Below, piece by piece: positions 27,501-42,400 of a stretch of DNA of 64,000 nt. Below the pieces are notes generated by a model. The model was not told the origin of the DNA, did no database searches, and saw only the letters and a list, made by a program, of their open reading frames with translations. Both the position numbers and the translations under genes were made by a program. The stretch lies in the NCBI RefSeq assembly GCF_009914755.1, contig NC_060930.1; one strand, written 5' to 3'. This stretch comes from the human T2T-CHM13v2.0 reference genome, Homo sapiens. Position 1 is the first letter of the stretch. Every line of letters begins with the position of its first letter.

Positions 27501-30458
27501 ACCCAAATGATTTGAGGGTGGGGGCCCTCTTGGCTCTGAGGTGGGTAAATCCTTGGGTAGGAGGTTGAGGTGGGGTCTGGTTTTAAATACAGTTGAACCA
27601 TTCTTGAATCCCTGGGGTGAGCTCACTGGTCAACACTGGGAAGTCGAGACAATGACAAACACAGGTTCAAGGTTCTGGAGTAATCTACTAACAATTTTAC
27701 TCACATGAAACATTTAATATTCTTTCATAGAAAACACAGAATAAGATAAATATGCAAATATAATTCTAATGTATCTTCATTCAACAGATCTCCTGTCTAA
27801 TTATAATCAATTATATTGTACATATGTTAAAACAGTGGTTAATTTCTGGATTCTGTGTTTTGAAATTCAGTTGTCCCAAGTTGATATTTGATCAATCTGT
27901 TTCTGTATTTTACCTATAAACACATGGGAGACTTTACCACAGAAACAACTCAAGCATTAACATATGCCAGCCAATCACTTCTCGTGATTTGAACAAATAA
28001 CTTGGAGGAAACAAGGGGATAGACTCATCAGCAGTTTCACAGGAGGAAAAGCCATAATGGTCTGGTTAAGAGGAGGAAAAGCCATAATCATCTGGTTAAG
28101 AATCTAAATAAAAATGATACGTAGGAGAAAGCAGGGGAACACAAGTGCACTGCAAATGTGCAGCCCATCTCAGTTTAGATCTGCTTTGATATTTATTTTC
28201 ACTCCTGGAGATCTGATAACTAGCTTGTGAAGATAAATCTTGTACCACAAGCCATTGTGTATTCTCCTTGAATAATCAAAAGTCACAGAAAGGAAATCTT
28301 GATGGCAATGTGATTGTTTTACTCCAAGCCAAACAATATAAATGGGTATTACAATTTTACATTAACTTTCCTTAAAACTTTTAATTTTCTATTCATTGTA
28401 GGGCCTCAGTGCTTCAGAATTATAACATAGTTTTATATGAGATGGCACTCTCACTTTCTTTCTCCCCCAACCCCATAAGAAAGACATGATAATGAGAAAC
28501 TATTCCAGCAGGAGGAGCCGGTTTAGAAACAAATGGATTCCATGGCAACTCCTGACTCCACATGACTTCTAATAACTGGCATTTCAGTTGAAAATTGTCT
28601 GTCTGTTATTCTGCTCAATGCTGGTGCTTTATATGGGGTTTTCCCTAGTTTACATCTCAGAAATGGAACGTTAATCTCCAGTTTCATGAATAAGCACCGG
28701 CAGCAGCAGCAGCAGCAATGTGTCATCACCTGTAACCACAATGTGGCCAGTGATTTGTCAAGTGTTTCTGGCTCCAATTTTCAGACTAGCTGACAGAGGT
28801 GAACACTGAATAGGAAATATTCAGAGCTGGTATCACATAATGTAGAAAATCTGGAAGGTGTGTTCCACTGCAAATTGACAGAAAGAGTCAAATGTTTTTA
28901 TTCAACTCAAGACAATGCATGCATCAGGCCCCTGACAGCAGGTTGTGAATGTTGGGCTTTGTTGAGTCAGAGACCACTGCACTGGAAAAGGAAAACTAAA
29001 CAAGGATAAAAATATCTGGTGTACCCCCGTCTTACTTAAAACTCTCTGTTTTGTCCCAAAGCTGAGTGATCTGCTGATCTCCCAATGAGTACTGGCACCA
29101 CTGTCATGATGATAAATAAGATGATAAGTGTCATGATGATAAACAAGAAATGTGTATAGGACAGGTTTGTAAAACCTCATGTCTAAGTATTTTATAGATT
29201 TTTAGTCTAACACAGAAAAAAATTGGGTCACAAATGAGTCAAGTGCTCACTCTTGGAATCACTATAAGTCAAGGATGGATTTGGGTACAAAAGTGATGAT
29301 GAGCTGAGTTTACTTTTGAGAGCTCCTTCCATAGCTTCTGGATCTTATTGAGGAGGTTGTGTCTCATCCATGCAGGTAAGGACTGAAATTCAGCCCTGGC
29401 TCAGTCCTGTGTCCCATCCAGTGGGGGGTCTTTTTCTAATTTGCACAAAGGCACTGTATAGTCTAGCAACAGCCCTCGCAATACTATCCTCCTTGCTGAT
29501 TCAGGGCTCATGTGACACACTTCAAAGAATGTTTGTTATGATGTATTGGAAATAATCTTGCAGTAGTTTCAGTGCTTAATGGGTGACCAACAAATAACAT
29601 TTCATTCCCAGGGAGTATAAGAATAGAGGTGACAGAGCAAATTTGTTTAGTGAGGGCATATCCCAGAGAAAGAAGAGAAGGAAAAGAAATGCTTCTGTGA
29701 GGAAGAAAAAGAGATGGACACATGGAGGTGGGAAGCACCAAGGAGAAAGTTTTACAAAAAGATTGACGTCAACCTGTTTAAAATGGTTCCAAAATCTATT
29801 GACCAAATTCAGGGGGAAATGCTTTAAAAAGAGCCAAGTATGCTTATTTTGAAAATTGCATTAGAGAATTAGCTTGTGCATTTTTAAAAAGCAACTTAAA
29901 TATTACTATAGCTTTGACTAATTGGAAATTTGAGAAGTATAAACCCAGTAAGAACTCTTGCTGTTTAGCAATGTTATCAGCTATCAGTTCTTCAGTGGTC
30001 AGCAATGCTGTAGTTTATGTAGGACCTTCACATCTTTTTCGAATGAGCTGAAACCTGGCCAGTGAGACAGTGTATTTGAAGTGCCTGTGCAGTGACCAGA
30101 ATGTGGTGGGTGCTCATTGGAGGAGAGTGCTCACCTCACTTCCCACTTGCTCTATGATTTCAGCATGGAAGGAGTTAATTGGAACTTCTGTGAGTTTGTA
30201 ACTCTCTACATTCCCATGAGGATGGGGACAGATGATATTCCCCCAAGTTTCCAAAGGGAAGGCTGAAGAACAGAGAGCTGAGTAGCTTACCCAGAACCAC
30301 GTAAGAATAATGTTCACTCAAGTAAGTATTTGCGGGCTTTCCCTCGAAAAGTGAAAAAGACCAAATAAAAAGAAGTTAAAGTTAGATGTATTGGAAATAA
30401 GGACAGTAACCCCAGGGGAAAACATCCCAATTGAAAGCTGGCCTGGATTTCTTCTTGA

Positions 30459-30778
<320 letters not shown>

Positions 30779-30779
30779 T

Positions 30780-32300
30780 TTATTTTTTCAATTTGGAAAT
30801 AATTATGGATTTACAGGAAGTTGCAAAGAAATGTACAGGGAATTCTGGTGCACGCTTTACCTTGCCTGACCCAGTAACATCTTGCGTAACTACAGTATGT
30901 ATAAATACCAAGAAAGTGACATTGGTACAATTAACAGAGCTCATTCAGGTTTCTCCAGTTACACTTGTACTCGTGAGTGTGCGTGTGTGTGTGCCTGCGT
31001 GTGTGTATCCGTGTGTGTGTGCTCATAGACCTATGCAGTCTGATCACATGTGTAGCTTAGCTTAGTGTACCATCACTACAATTAAGATACAGAATTGCAC
31101 CATCACCACAAGACTCCCTTATATTACCCCTTTATAGCTACAGCTTTCTCTTTCCCTCCATCCCCATCTCTAAACCCTGGACACCACTACTCTCTTTTCC
31201 ATTGATAATTTTGTTTCAGGAATGTTATGTAAATGGAATCATATATAATGTAACTTTTCGAGATTGGTGTTTTCACTCAGCACAACCTCTTGAGATCAGT
31301 TCATATTGTTTCACGTATCAGTAGTTCATTCCTTTTTATTTCTGAGTAGTATTCAACGGTATGTATGTTCTACAGTTTTTTTTTAACCGTTCACCCTGTT
31401 GAAGAGCATTTGGGTGGTTTCCAGTTTTTGTATATTATACATAAAGCTGCTATGAGCATTGCTGTACAAGTTTCTGTATGAACATAAGTCTGCATTTCTC
31501 TGGCACAGATGCCTGAAAGTACAACTGCTGGGTGGTATGGGAAGTCCATTTTTGGTTTTAAAAGAAAAAGTAAAACTATATTTGTGACTGTACCACTTTA
31601 CATGCTTACCACCATGTATGAGTGATCCGTTTTCTCCACATCCTCACTAGCATTTTATTTATTTATTTTTTTGAAATCGTGTCTCTCTCTGTCACCCAGG
31701 CATGCTGCAGCCTCGACTTTCCAATCTCAAGTGATCCTCCCACCTCAGCTTCCCAAGTAGCTGGGACTACAGGCATACACCACCACGCTTGACAAATTTT
31801 TGTATTTTTTGTAGAGAAGGGGGTGTCACAGGGTTACCCAGGCTGGACTCAAACTCCTGGGCTCAAGCAATCCAGCCGCCTTGGCCTCCCTAAGGGCTAG
31901 GATTACAGGTGTGAGTCACCGTGCCTGGCCAGCATTTGACGTGATTTTTTTTATGTTAGCCATTCAGATAGGTCTGATATCATTGTGGTGTTTGTTAGTT
32001 TACATCTTCCTAATGGCAAATAGTGTTAGATATCTTCTCATGTACTTATCTGCCATCTCTGTATCCCCTTTGGTAAAATGTCTGTTCTTGTTTTTGTTCA
32101 TTTTCTAATTGAATTGCCTGTGTGTGGTTTTTTACAGTTGAGTTCTGAGATTATATATATTCTTTGTTTGATTTGTGATTTGCAAATATTTTCTCCCAGT
32201 CTGTAGTTTGTCTTTTCATCCCCTTTACAGAGTCTTTCACAAGCAAAAGTTTAAAATTTTGATGATGTCCAATTTTTCTATTTTTTTTTCCTTTTCGAAA
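30780..32300 (-). mobile_element. L1M (L1MB/MC-like) 3' region, interrupted by AluJ
   Basis: ATGTAAATGGAATCAT...AAAGCTGCTATGAGCATT; ORF remnant MKRQTTDWEKIFANH from the ORF2 C-terminus. Confidence 0.8.
31656..31930 (-). mobile_element. AluJ with TSD AGCATTT
   Basis: CTCCTGGGCTCAAGCAATCC AluJ-type sequence; AGCATTT at 31649-31655 and 31931-31937. Confidence 0.88.
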
Positions 32301-32409
32301 CTTATCTTTAAAAAGCAATAGGACAACATCATCCACAAGGGAATGACTCAGTGTCAAAACTACAGCTTTTTGAAGCTATTTCACCATTGCAATGGAGAGA
32401 GGAATGGCG

Positions 32410-33182
32410 ACTCCAATTCAACAGATATTTATGAAAGATTTTTTCCAGTGAACAAAACAGCAAAGATCCCCACCCATGTGGCATGGAAATTCAAATGGGA
32501 GAGGTAGGCAACGAACATAATAAAGTTAATTACATAGCAGGTAAAAGGGTTGTAAATGCTCTGGGAAAAGAAAAAGAAGAGCAAGGAGTATAGGACGCCG
32601 ATGGGGGATGTTTGCAGTATTGAATAAGGGTATTGGAAGGGCTTTACTGAGAAAGAGAAATTTGAGCCAACTTGAAGGAGGTGAAGGAGTTAGTCAAGTG
32701 GATATCAGGAAGGAGAGGACTGCTAAGACCATAATGTGGGGTGTGCCTGGAGGATTCATGGAGTAGCAAGAAGGTCAGTGTCCATGGCAGAGTACAGATG
32801 GGGAGGAGGAGAATGTAGGAGAAGAGAATGTAGGTGCAGATCACATAGGCCCTTGGAGGTCATCATAAGGATTTCACGAAGTGAAGTGAGGATACGCTGC
32901 AGAATTTTGAGCTGAGGGATGAAATGATCTGACTTGTTTTAACAGGGTCACTCTGGCTGCTGTGTTGACAGTAGTTTGAAGGAGGGCAGAACAGAAGCAA
33001 GGAGATGCGTAGGAGACTACTACAGGGATCCAGTGCAGGGGTAATGGTGGCTTCAACCAAGTGATAGCAGAGTAGGTGGTGAGAAGTGGCTAGATTCTGG
33101 ATGTATTTGAAAGTAAATCTAACAGAGTTTTCGGTGAAATGAGTGTGTGGTGAGAGAAAGCAGGAGAAGGAAGACTTCAAGA
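32410..33182 (-). mobile_element. L2 LINE fragment
   Basis: GATCTGACTTGTTTTAACAGGGTCACTCTGGCTGCTGTG...GGTGAGAAGTGGCTAGATTCTGGATGTATTTGAAAGTA. Confidence 0.75.
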
Positions 33183-33198
33183 TTAAAGTTAAAACATA

Positions 33199-33504
33199 GG
33201 CCCAGGCGCAGTGGTTTACACCTGTAATCCCAGGACTTTGAGAAGCTGAGGTAGGAGGATCACTTGAGCCCAGGGGTTTGAGACCAACCTAGGCAACATA
33301 GCAAGACGTTATCTCTACAAAAAATAATTTTGTAAAAATTAGCCGGGCATAGTGGTGTGTGCCTATAGTCGCACCTACTCAGGAGGCTGAGGCAAGAGGA
33401 TACCCTTGAGCCCAAGAGTTCAAGGCTGCAGTGAGCCATGATTGCACTACTGCACTATAGGCTGAGTGACAGAGGGATACCATGTCTCAAAACAAAACAA
33501 AACA
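33199..33504 (+). mobile_element. AluJ with TSD AAAGTTAAAACA
   Basis: GGAGGATCACTTGAGCCCAGG; (AAAAC)n tail; TSD copies at 33185-33196 and 33505-33516. Confidence 0.9.
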
Positions 33505-33589
33505 AAAGTTAAAACAGAATAAAAGTGGCCCACAGTATAGGTTGTGAATAGAAAGTTAATGAGAGAGAGGGTCAACAAAAAGGCAGTTC

Positions 33590-34130
33590 AGCCTTTGTGG
33601 GAGTTAATTTAACAGTATTTTTTTTAAATTCAAAATGCATATCTACGCTTTGGTCCAACAATATTTTTATTTTAAGGAATTTATCCTTCAGAGATATTGT
33701 ACATGTACACAGGTATATGTAAAAGGACTTAACTACAGACCTATTTGTAATAGTGAGAAACAGAAACAACCTAGACATCCACCAGTAGGGAAGGGAATGG
33801 TTTATATATTATGGTACATTCAAACTATAAACCCCATGCCACGTTAAACTGCATAACATAGGTCTAGTTAAAGCTCTCCAAGTTATATTGTTAAATGAAA
33901 AAAGCAAGCAGCAGAGTACTACATGAATTGGGCAAAGAAAATTCTCTCTATATCCACACTTACGTATCTACATATATGTAAATACTTAGGGATAAGCCTG
34001 GGATGATACATAGGAAAATCTTCAAAGGAGCAAGGAATGCATGGAAAAACACATTGTACCCTCTTTATACGTTTAAACAGGCACTCAATATTGTTTTAAT
34101 TAAACACATTTAAATGAGTATACTATATCA
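33590..34130 (+). mobile_element. Old L1ME-like fragment
   Basis: AGGAATTTATCCTTCAGAGATA...AGAAACAACCTAGACATCCACCAGTAGGG. Confidence 0.55.
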
Positions 34131-34165
34131 AAAGTTTTTAAAAGTAGGGTAGAATAACTATTTCT

Positions 34166-34468
<303 letters not shown>

Positions 34469-34479
34469 TTAATAAAGTC

Positions 34480-34625
34480 TTTTTTTTTTCCACTCTGTCA
34501 CCCAGGTTGAACAGTGGTATGTAATCATAGTTCACTGCAGCATCAAACTCCTGGGCTCAAGTGAACCTTCTACCTTAGCCTCACTAAGCAGCTGGAACTG
34601 CAGATGTGAGCCACCAAGCCTGGCC
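34480..34625 (-). mobile_element. FLAM/Alu monomer
   Basis: Poly-T, CACTCTGTCACCCAGG...CTCCTGGGCTCAAGTGA...GAGCCACCAAGCCTGGCC. Confidence 0.75.
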
Positions 34626-35789
34626 ACTGTAAATTAAAGTCTTCACTACTTTCCTTAGAGTCCCCAGGGGATCCTGACCCTCACTCTGGGAAACAACCCC
34701 CCTTTCACGATTAGGGAGTAAGTGTTGGTTAGCCAGGGTGAAGGGCAGAAATGAGAGAGTCCAAGGTCATTCTATTTACAAAGGCTCTGGAAGAACCACT
34801 GGGGCTTTCCTGTGAGTGATACACCCCAAAGAATTAGTTATTCCTACCCCCTAATCCTGGATCACTTTGTCACTTTCTGCCTTATGTTGAAGTAGCATAA
34901 AGTGGCAGACAGAGACAGTACCTGGACTCTAAGGAGCTGGGCTCCAGTCTGCCGCTCCCCTGGTGTCTCTGAGCCTCTGTTTTCTTATCTATGACATCGG
35001 GGACAACAGCAAAAGTCAGATGAGAGATGTTGCTGGAAGTGCTTTGCAGGTGGAAGGCTCCCAGCTGTCAGCACTCTCAAGGCAGGGATGTGTCTTTCCC
35101 ACTCTAAACCAGGGTGTGCTATGTTGTAGGAACTCTGAAATGGATCCTGAATAAATGCATCTGGTGCAATTTCATGAGGTATTCTTGCAGATGAATCAGA
35201 CTAAGTATCTTGTGAGATTATTACATGGTTTTTTTTTTCATTTAAAATTTTTGTGAGAGTGTTGTTTCTGGATCCATTTAGATTTCTTGTTTTCTTTCTT
35301 CAAATTTCATTTTCATCTCCATTCCAAGTGACATTTACTTGCAAGGGCACCCAAGGACAGAATGACAGCAGTACAAGTTTGCCACCTATAGGTGGACATT
35401 TTCATTACAAGTGTTTTTCTCTGACCCAGACAGTGGTCTAAAAACACAAACAAAACCCAAAAACTAACAAAAAACCAGTCATGCACAAAACACCCCTGTG
35501 ACTTTCACTTCAACCTTACTCTTCACATGTTTGCTTTCATTATTCCCGTAAGTGTTGGTATGAATTAGGGTCACCAGCAATGATTTTTGTAACTACAAAC
35601 TGGTATAACTTTTGCTCTATAAAGATTTGTCTTAAATGTTTTATTATATTTTCCTGTCTGATCAAGGTAGATTGGATTTGACATAAATGTTCTATCTCTT
35701 CAGAAAATGAACAAAAAACAGATCTAGATCACTCTGCCTCACTGCATGTAATACAAGTAAAAGCATGGGCCTGTGCAGGTATAAAATGT

Positions 35790-36190
35790 GACACAGACTC
35801 TTGAGTAGTGCTGGCCAGTGGACGAAGGAACACAGGACTTGTTTTATATCTGAGCTCCATCCGATCATGTCCTGACACCTGAGCATCCATTTGCTCATCT
35901 ATAAATTAAGTGCTGGGACTGAATTTTCTATGCAGTTCCTTCTAGCTCTAATAAGCTAAACTCGATGGGCTGAAGTAATTATAATAACAATGATTTCTAG
36001 CATTTATTAAGGTCTTACTAGCTGTCAGGCCTGGGCTAAGAATTATCTCATTTGATCTGCGTGGTAAACCTATTAAATAAGTGACACTATTACAAGTAAG
36101 AAAACTGAGACTGAGGGAAATTTAGTAACTTGCCCCAAATTATAAGAAAATATGTGCTATGGTCAGAAGTTGACCAGTGACTACCTACTG
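35790..36190. mobile_element. MIR fragments in both orientations
   Basis: CATTTGCTCATCTATAAA and TTACAAGTAAGAAAACTGAGACTGAGGGAAATTTAGTAACTTGCCC. Confidence 0.55.
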
Positions 36191-36347
36191 CGCCCATCAT
36201 GACTTTAGGCGCTATAATATATATCCAGTAAGTGTCGTTCCCTTTCATATAGTCCCTTTGGAAGCCCACCCAGATATTCTAATAATATTGCCATTACTAT
36301 GTTTGGATCACTGTTTTGGACACAAAGTAGCCCACACTGGTGGGCTA

Positions 36348-36635
36348 TTTTTTTTTTCTAAGAGACAATGTCTTGCTCTGTTGCCCAGGCATGGCATAAT
36401 CTTGGCTCACCCCAGCCTCAGCCTACTGGGCCCAAGTGATCCTCCTGCCTCAGTCTCTTGAAAAGCTGGGACTACAGGCACATACCACCATGCCCAGCTA
36501 ATTTTTAAAATTTTTTGTGGAGACAGGATCTTGCTATGCTGCCCAGGCTGGTCTCTAACTCTTGGTCTCAAGCAATCCTCCCACTTTGCCCTCTCAAAAT
36601 TCTGGGATTACAAGTGTGAACCACCATGCCTGGCC
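36348..36635 (-). mobile_element. AluJ
   Basis: Dimer, CTCTTGGTCTCAAGCAATCCTCCCAC. Confidence 0.88.
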
Positions 36636-37499
36636 AAGGCGAGCTAATTTGAATAAAACAAAAAAGCTGGCCTTACTGATGTTTGGCCATCTCCAAAATA
36701 AGCAAATGATTAAGCCAACTGGTATTTTTCAATTTATCTACGTCCAATGTATGCTGAGCACGTAATTCTTCATACAGATGGAGACAAAGGCACAGGGTCT
36801 GTAAGACAGGATATGCTGTGGGGTGAAGATGTGGGGACTACCAAAGGTCATAAAAGGGAGCCATCACCCAGGGCATAGTGTGCCTCAAAGGAGGAGTGGA
36901 GCGTGGGCAGGTCAAGGCTTGGGGTATGGGAAAGTGGAAGAGCTGGGAGAGTGCAAGTAGGTTTAACCAGAGAAGAGAGTTGGTTGCTGGAATCAGTGAG
37001 AAAGAATGCTGAAGTCTGGGGCCCAGTGGAGGAGGGCCTTTTGTGCCAGGCTACGCATTATGAAATGCCTTGAAATCCCTTGGTAATGAGGAAATGATCA
37101 GTGCAGGGGTCTTGGATGGCCCTGCCTGAGTCTTCATCTCATCTCTGCCCAGCAAGTCCCCTGGGTGATGTTCTTTACCCTCAAGGTATTAGCCATCACC
37201 CTACTCCATGGTTGCAAATATTTCTTTTTGGCTTTGAGCCCTCCGGATACTCCAGACCTGTGTTCACATCGCATGCTAGACACATCCACTAAATGATTGT
37301 TTTCCTTAGGGCCCTCAGATTCAGCATGGGTGGGCACATACAACTAATATGTCCCTCCTGGTTTTCCTATTTCAGTTCATGGTCTCAATTTGATCAAAGT
37401 CAACAGAATCAACCCCTGAATGACATCTTCAGATCTCCCATCTTGCTCCTTTCCTAGACCCCACCAATCCCCAAGTCCAGTCATCGGTGCAGCTTCCCT

Positions 37500-37695
37500 G
37501 GTTGGAGCACACAGATTTTGGAGTCATACAACGAATTTGAATTTGAATTCTGACTCTATGTGGCCATATTATTAGTTGTGAGGCCTTTGCTAAGACATGT
37601 AATCTGACTGAGCCTCATTTCATCATCTGTAAAATGGGTAAGATGCCGATCTACAATTTAACCATAGGAATTATATGAGATACCGATATAAAAGA
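37500..37695 (+). mobile_element. MIR
   Basis: GATTTTGGAGTCATACA...TTTGAATTCTGACTCT...CTGAGCCTCATTTCATCATCTGTAAAATGGG. Confidence 0.7.
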
Positions 37696-37699
37696 ACTC

Positions 37700-38160
37700 C
37701 TTCCCCTTCAGATTCATTCTCTACCCTTTCTATCCTGCTCTATGCCACAGACACTGAACCCATGCAGGGACTCCAGAGGGAAGCGGGGTTCCCTTCAGCT
37801 TCTGGTTGGGTTTAACCAGTGGGTAACCATTGAGAGATGGGGGAGAGAAAAGCTGGAATGTTCATTGCATCATCCTCTTCCTGCCATGGCTTTTACATGA
37901 TCATATTTTTCTAGGCCTTGACTTTGGTGGGCATTCCCTCTTCTATAACTATGGCTCTCACCAGTTGAGGGAGTCCATCTTTCTCCTCTTAGCCTTTCAG
38001 ACCTGGGTCAAGATCTTACTTTTGCTAGTCCCTCAGTATTTGGCATCCTTTGGTAATATCTGAATCCTGATCCACTTCTGTATACAGTTCTTTTATTAAA
38101 CTATTTTCAGTTAAATTTTGTGCATATGCCCATCTGTTCCTGCTGGAATCTGGCTATGAC
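37700..38160. mobile_element. Possible ERVL LTR (LTR33-like)
   Basis: GCTTCTGGTTGGGTTTAACCAGTGGG and TCTTTTATTAAACT...TTCCTGCTGGAATCTG resemble this family. Confidence 0.35.
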
Positions 38161-39114
38161 AAGGTGCAAAGGGCCTTTTGGAGAAAATGATTTGGCAGCA
38201 ACCTGCAGGATGCAGGATGGATGACAAGGATGATTTCCACCTAGTGAAAGAGTACCGATGAAGGACTGGGCTATGAGGGGCAGCAAAGTGAGGGTGGAAA
38301 TGAAGGGCAGGTGTAGATGTACTTTCTTTGCTGTACAGAGTGCCTGCTCTTGCCACAGGCTACCTTGTCTAGGTGACATGTCTGTTTATTGTCTGCTTTC
38401 AAAGCCCAATACTACTTTTAAGTAATCAAGAAACCAAAAAATAAATTTGAGGAATTGAACACCTGATGGGCTCTCATAGCTCCAACAAAGCTCTAATCTT
38501 GTTTAGCCAGCTCCAGCCCTGTCCCAAGCCTGGTTGTAGCTGATCTTGTGTTTAATCAGGACTATAGAAGTCTCTGTTTCTCTCCCACCAAAAGCAAATA
38601 TTTACCTTTCGTATTCCCATAACACTTCACAGAAACCCTGATTTAGAACTGACCATGTTGACTTTGAGGGCAAGGACAAACCGTCTGGGTTTGGCTTTGG
38701 TCCCCTAGTCCCCAGCATGCAGAGCCAGTTTATTTTACCCCAGCTCTGTGGAAGCTCAGTTGAGTGTCTAGGTTGAAGAGTGGCTGGAGTAGGCATGGAT
38801 GAGAATAAAGGGCAATGAATTGCAAGCTGTGGCAAAACCCATGTCCATGGTACAGGAGGAACCTGGTGGACCTGTGTGCTTGCCCTTGTCAGAATGTTAC
38901 AGCTCACAGGGCAGGAGGGGAGATGCCTTTCTCACCCCAGCTGCCTGTATGCTTCTTAGCCCTTAGCATAATTTTGACTCTGCAGAGGTGCACAATAAAT
39001 GTTACATTAGTAAGTAAAAGACATCATCCAGTTTATGCTCTTGAATTGGCCAAAAGATTGTTTCCAGAAGAGAGACATTGGAATGTTTTATTCTGGAAAA
39101 ACAGTTATACAATT

Positions 39115-39441
<327 letters not shown>

Positions 39442-42400
39442 TGAGTTTTATCTTCTTATCTCGTTTAGGGATTGTTAAGAATAATTAATAATATACACCT
39501 TTATTTGGGCAGGATCCATGATGGGTTCATCAATGTGTTCCCTTAGGGCTTAGAGTATAGTATACATTCATAAATTCTTGAATTTATTGTTGTTAATTAA
39601 TTTCTTAGACTTGTCTACTCTTCCCCACCACCTGCAATAGAACATTTGCAGTTTTTCATCTGCCTTTTGAAGTACCTAACACAGATCCATTCCCCTGAGA
39701 CATAAGGAGCTCATTATAAACCCCGAGATGTAGGTAGAATGGCTTAATCTAGGTCAACTGGAGAATTAGGTAACTCAGTCAGTACTGAGTGTCCGCATCT
39801 CACCAAAGATGTCAATCTATGGCAGACACTTTTCCTATCACAAACTTGCAATTTGGCTTAAATGAGACTTTCCTAACTGAAGCATATTTTGTACTTCATT
39901 CTCTTACTTCTGGCTTCACCTGCTTCCAACCCACCTTCTTCCTCTGTAGCAGAGAAAAAGCCTGCCCTGGAAAATGTGTGGCCACAGCAGGAGTCATCGG
40001 GCAGGACCCACCATTGCACCCTCCACATCCAGCATGGATTTTCTCCTCTGTCTTTTCCCCTGGCTCTCACTGACTGCCTTTCAGGACTAGGAAATACATT
40101 GTAAAGACTGCTCTAATTGATTCCTGGATTAAAAGGGATGGTCTGAGAATGCTGTGATAATCTTAAGAGGAGAGTGAGACCCTGTCCCAAGTAAACGCTT
40201 TCCTTTTTGTTTTTCATGTTTTGATCTTATGAGCCTTGACTAGGCTCAGTTAAAAACAGTGGCAGCCTCTTCAAAGGGGAATACCAAGCCCTTTGAATGG
40301 GCTAATTCTGCTCCAGGTTCCCGCCATCTACCCGCCCTTGACAAGCGCCAGTAGAAGTCAACAGGTGGTTGTCCAAATATAAATGAAAAGGCTTAACTCT
40401 AAAACATCGCTGTCTGAGGGGATTTTTAGAAGACTTTACTCTGTGGTTTTGGCAGTGACCGTGTGTTTCTTTGCCAGCACAAAGAGAAATTTGACCTGTG
40501 TCTCTCAGGAGTTAGAGATTTTCATCACTGCTGTCCCCACACTAGACCTATCAACCCCTTCTCCACCCCAACAAATCAGGAGACTCAAAGAAGAATAGTG
40601 AGGAGAGAGAGAAAGAGAGAAAGGCTGAAGAAACAAGGGATGGAAACGGTACAGGAATGCTTAGTGAGTCTATATTTTATTCCGTTATTAAAGTCACATT
40701 TGTATGTGTCAAAAACAGGATATTTTGATGTGTGAGCAGAGTGGGAGGAGAGGTATTTTGCAAGCAGATTTCTCTCAATAAATTTTTCTTTGTGCTGACA
40801 ATACAGTGACAAATTAGTAGAGTTATCTATATAAACAATGTGTATTTAAGTTACCACCAGCTTGTGAAGCAAAGATTGAGAAACAAGCAACAGAGGAACA
40901 GAGGAGGGAAGGCCCACAGGGTGTGATATTTCCAGTTATCCTGAGCCTTCTTTGGTACTTTCCCTTTCTTAGGCAGCCAACCACCAGAAAATACTGACTC
41001 CAGGCAAAACTCATTTTCCAGGGCAGATTCTGTTCTGTTTCAAAGTTGCAGCAAACTAGTCAGTAGAATGTGCTATATACAAATATTATTGAGAACTTAG
41101 GGATTCAATTCAGAATCTAACTTTATATTCTCCAACTTCCTGAGCAAGTGATTCACTTGATACTAGTTTAGAAGAATAACTGTCTTCACTTTCCATTTTG
41201 ATAAGCCATTCTGAGTGGTTAGTGATGTCAAATAACCACTGAAAGTGATAAATATGACACCTTTTCCTAATCTAGAGGCACAAAACTTTAATTATGTAAA
41301 TAATATAAATGTCAAACTCAATTTACATATATTAATAAATTATACGAATTAAATAAAAATACTCAGGTAAGCATCAGTGACAAAGGTAAACACTCACATT
41401 AACAGTAGGTTAGCATGGCATCCATCGTCCTCCTTGTTCATGGGGTGGAAAACCTCTACCCCAATCCCAAAATATCAGGTTGGGTCAGTAGGTGGAACAC
41501 TCACCCTTAGGAGCTGCCATCCAAAAGACTGTGCAGGCCGTTCCCTGTGCCTCTTAACTTGGAGTTTTCTAAGATGCCTGAGGCTCCTCCTCTGAGTGTG
41601 CTCCTCCGTTATGGCCCAAGGGAACACACACCGTGTTTTAGCCTGATGCCAATTTCAGATGGGCTCATGACAGCTGACCTCTGTGGAACAGGCACCCCTG
41701 GTAGCCTGGGTAACTCCACTGTGTTCCCAAACACTAGGCTAGGATCCCATCTCAGCCTGCTGTGGCCTCAGCATGGAGCAGGGAAGATGCCCATGTAAGT
41801 TCTACTCAACTGAATTTAAAAGGCAGGCTTGGACCATGGGGAGATGCACAGATGCTCCAAAGGAGTCCAGAGAGAACATCATTTCTAAATAACTGTATCC
41901 CTTTTCTTCCCATAGAAACCAACATAGATCTTTCCCCAGAATATAGAAAAATTGCCACAGGAACTGAGCCAAAAGCATGCATAAACACTGTGGGTGTAGA
42001 AAAATTTTGTTCCTTGTCTCTTGTGATGGCATGGCAGAGATTAGCACTTGATAACCTTAATGGTCATGCACTTTTGAAGTAAGTAAAAGTCTCTTAATGA
42101 GCTCCTAAATTAGAGAAGAGAGGAGGCCCAGCTAACCTCTACATGTTATTGGAGTCAGAAACATGGTAAAGCTACAACTTAGCACTAATCTTAACAGCTT
42201 ACAAATGCCAGAAAATATTGTAAACTAAAGAATAAGGCTGTCCAGCAAATCCACAGTGGCCTTTCTACTAGCTAATTAGTTCTGTGAGTTCTAAGAGAAC
42301 TAATTTTACACACTAGAAAAGAAAAAAATTACTGATCCCAAGTGAAAGGAGTAGTATCATCAAGTCATGAATGTCTAATTAAAAGTTTTTGAAAAGCAGC

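Noticed and set aside
28700-28718. (CAG)5 as an expansion-type repeat
   Set aside because: Too short and intergenic.
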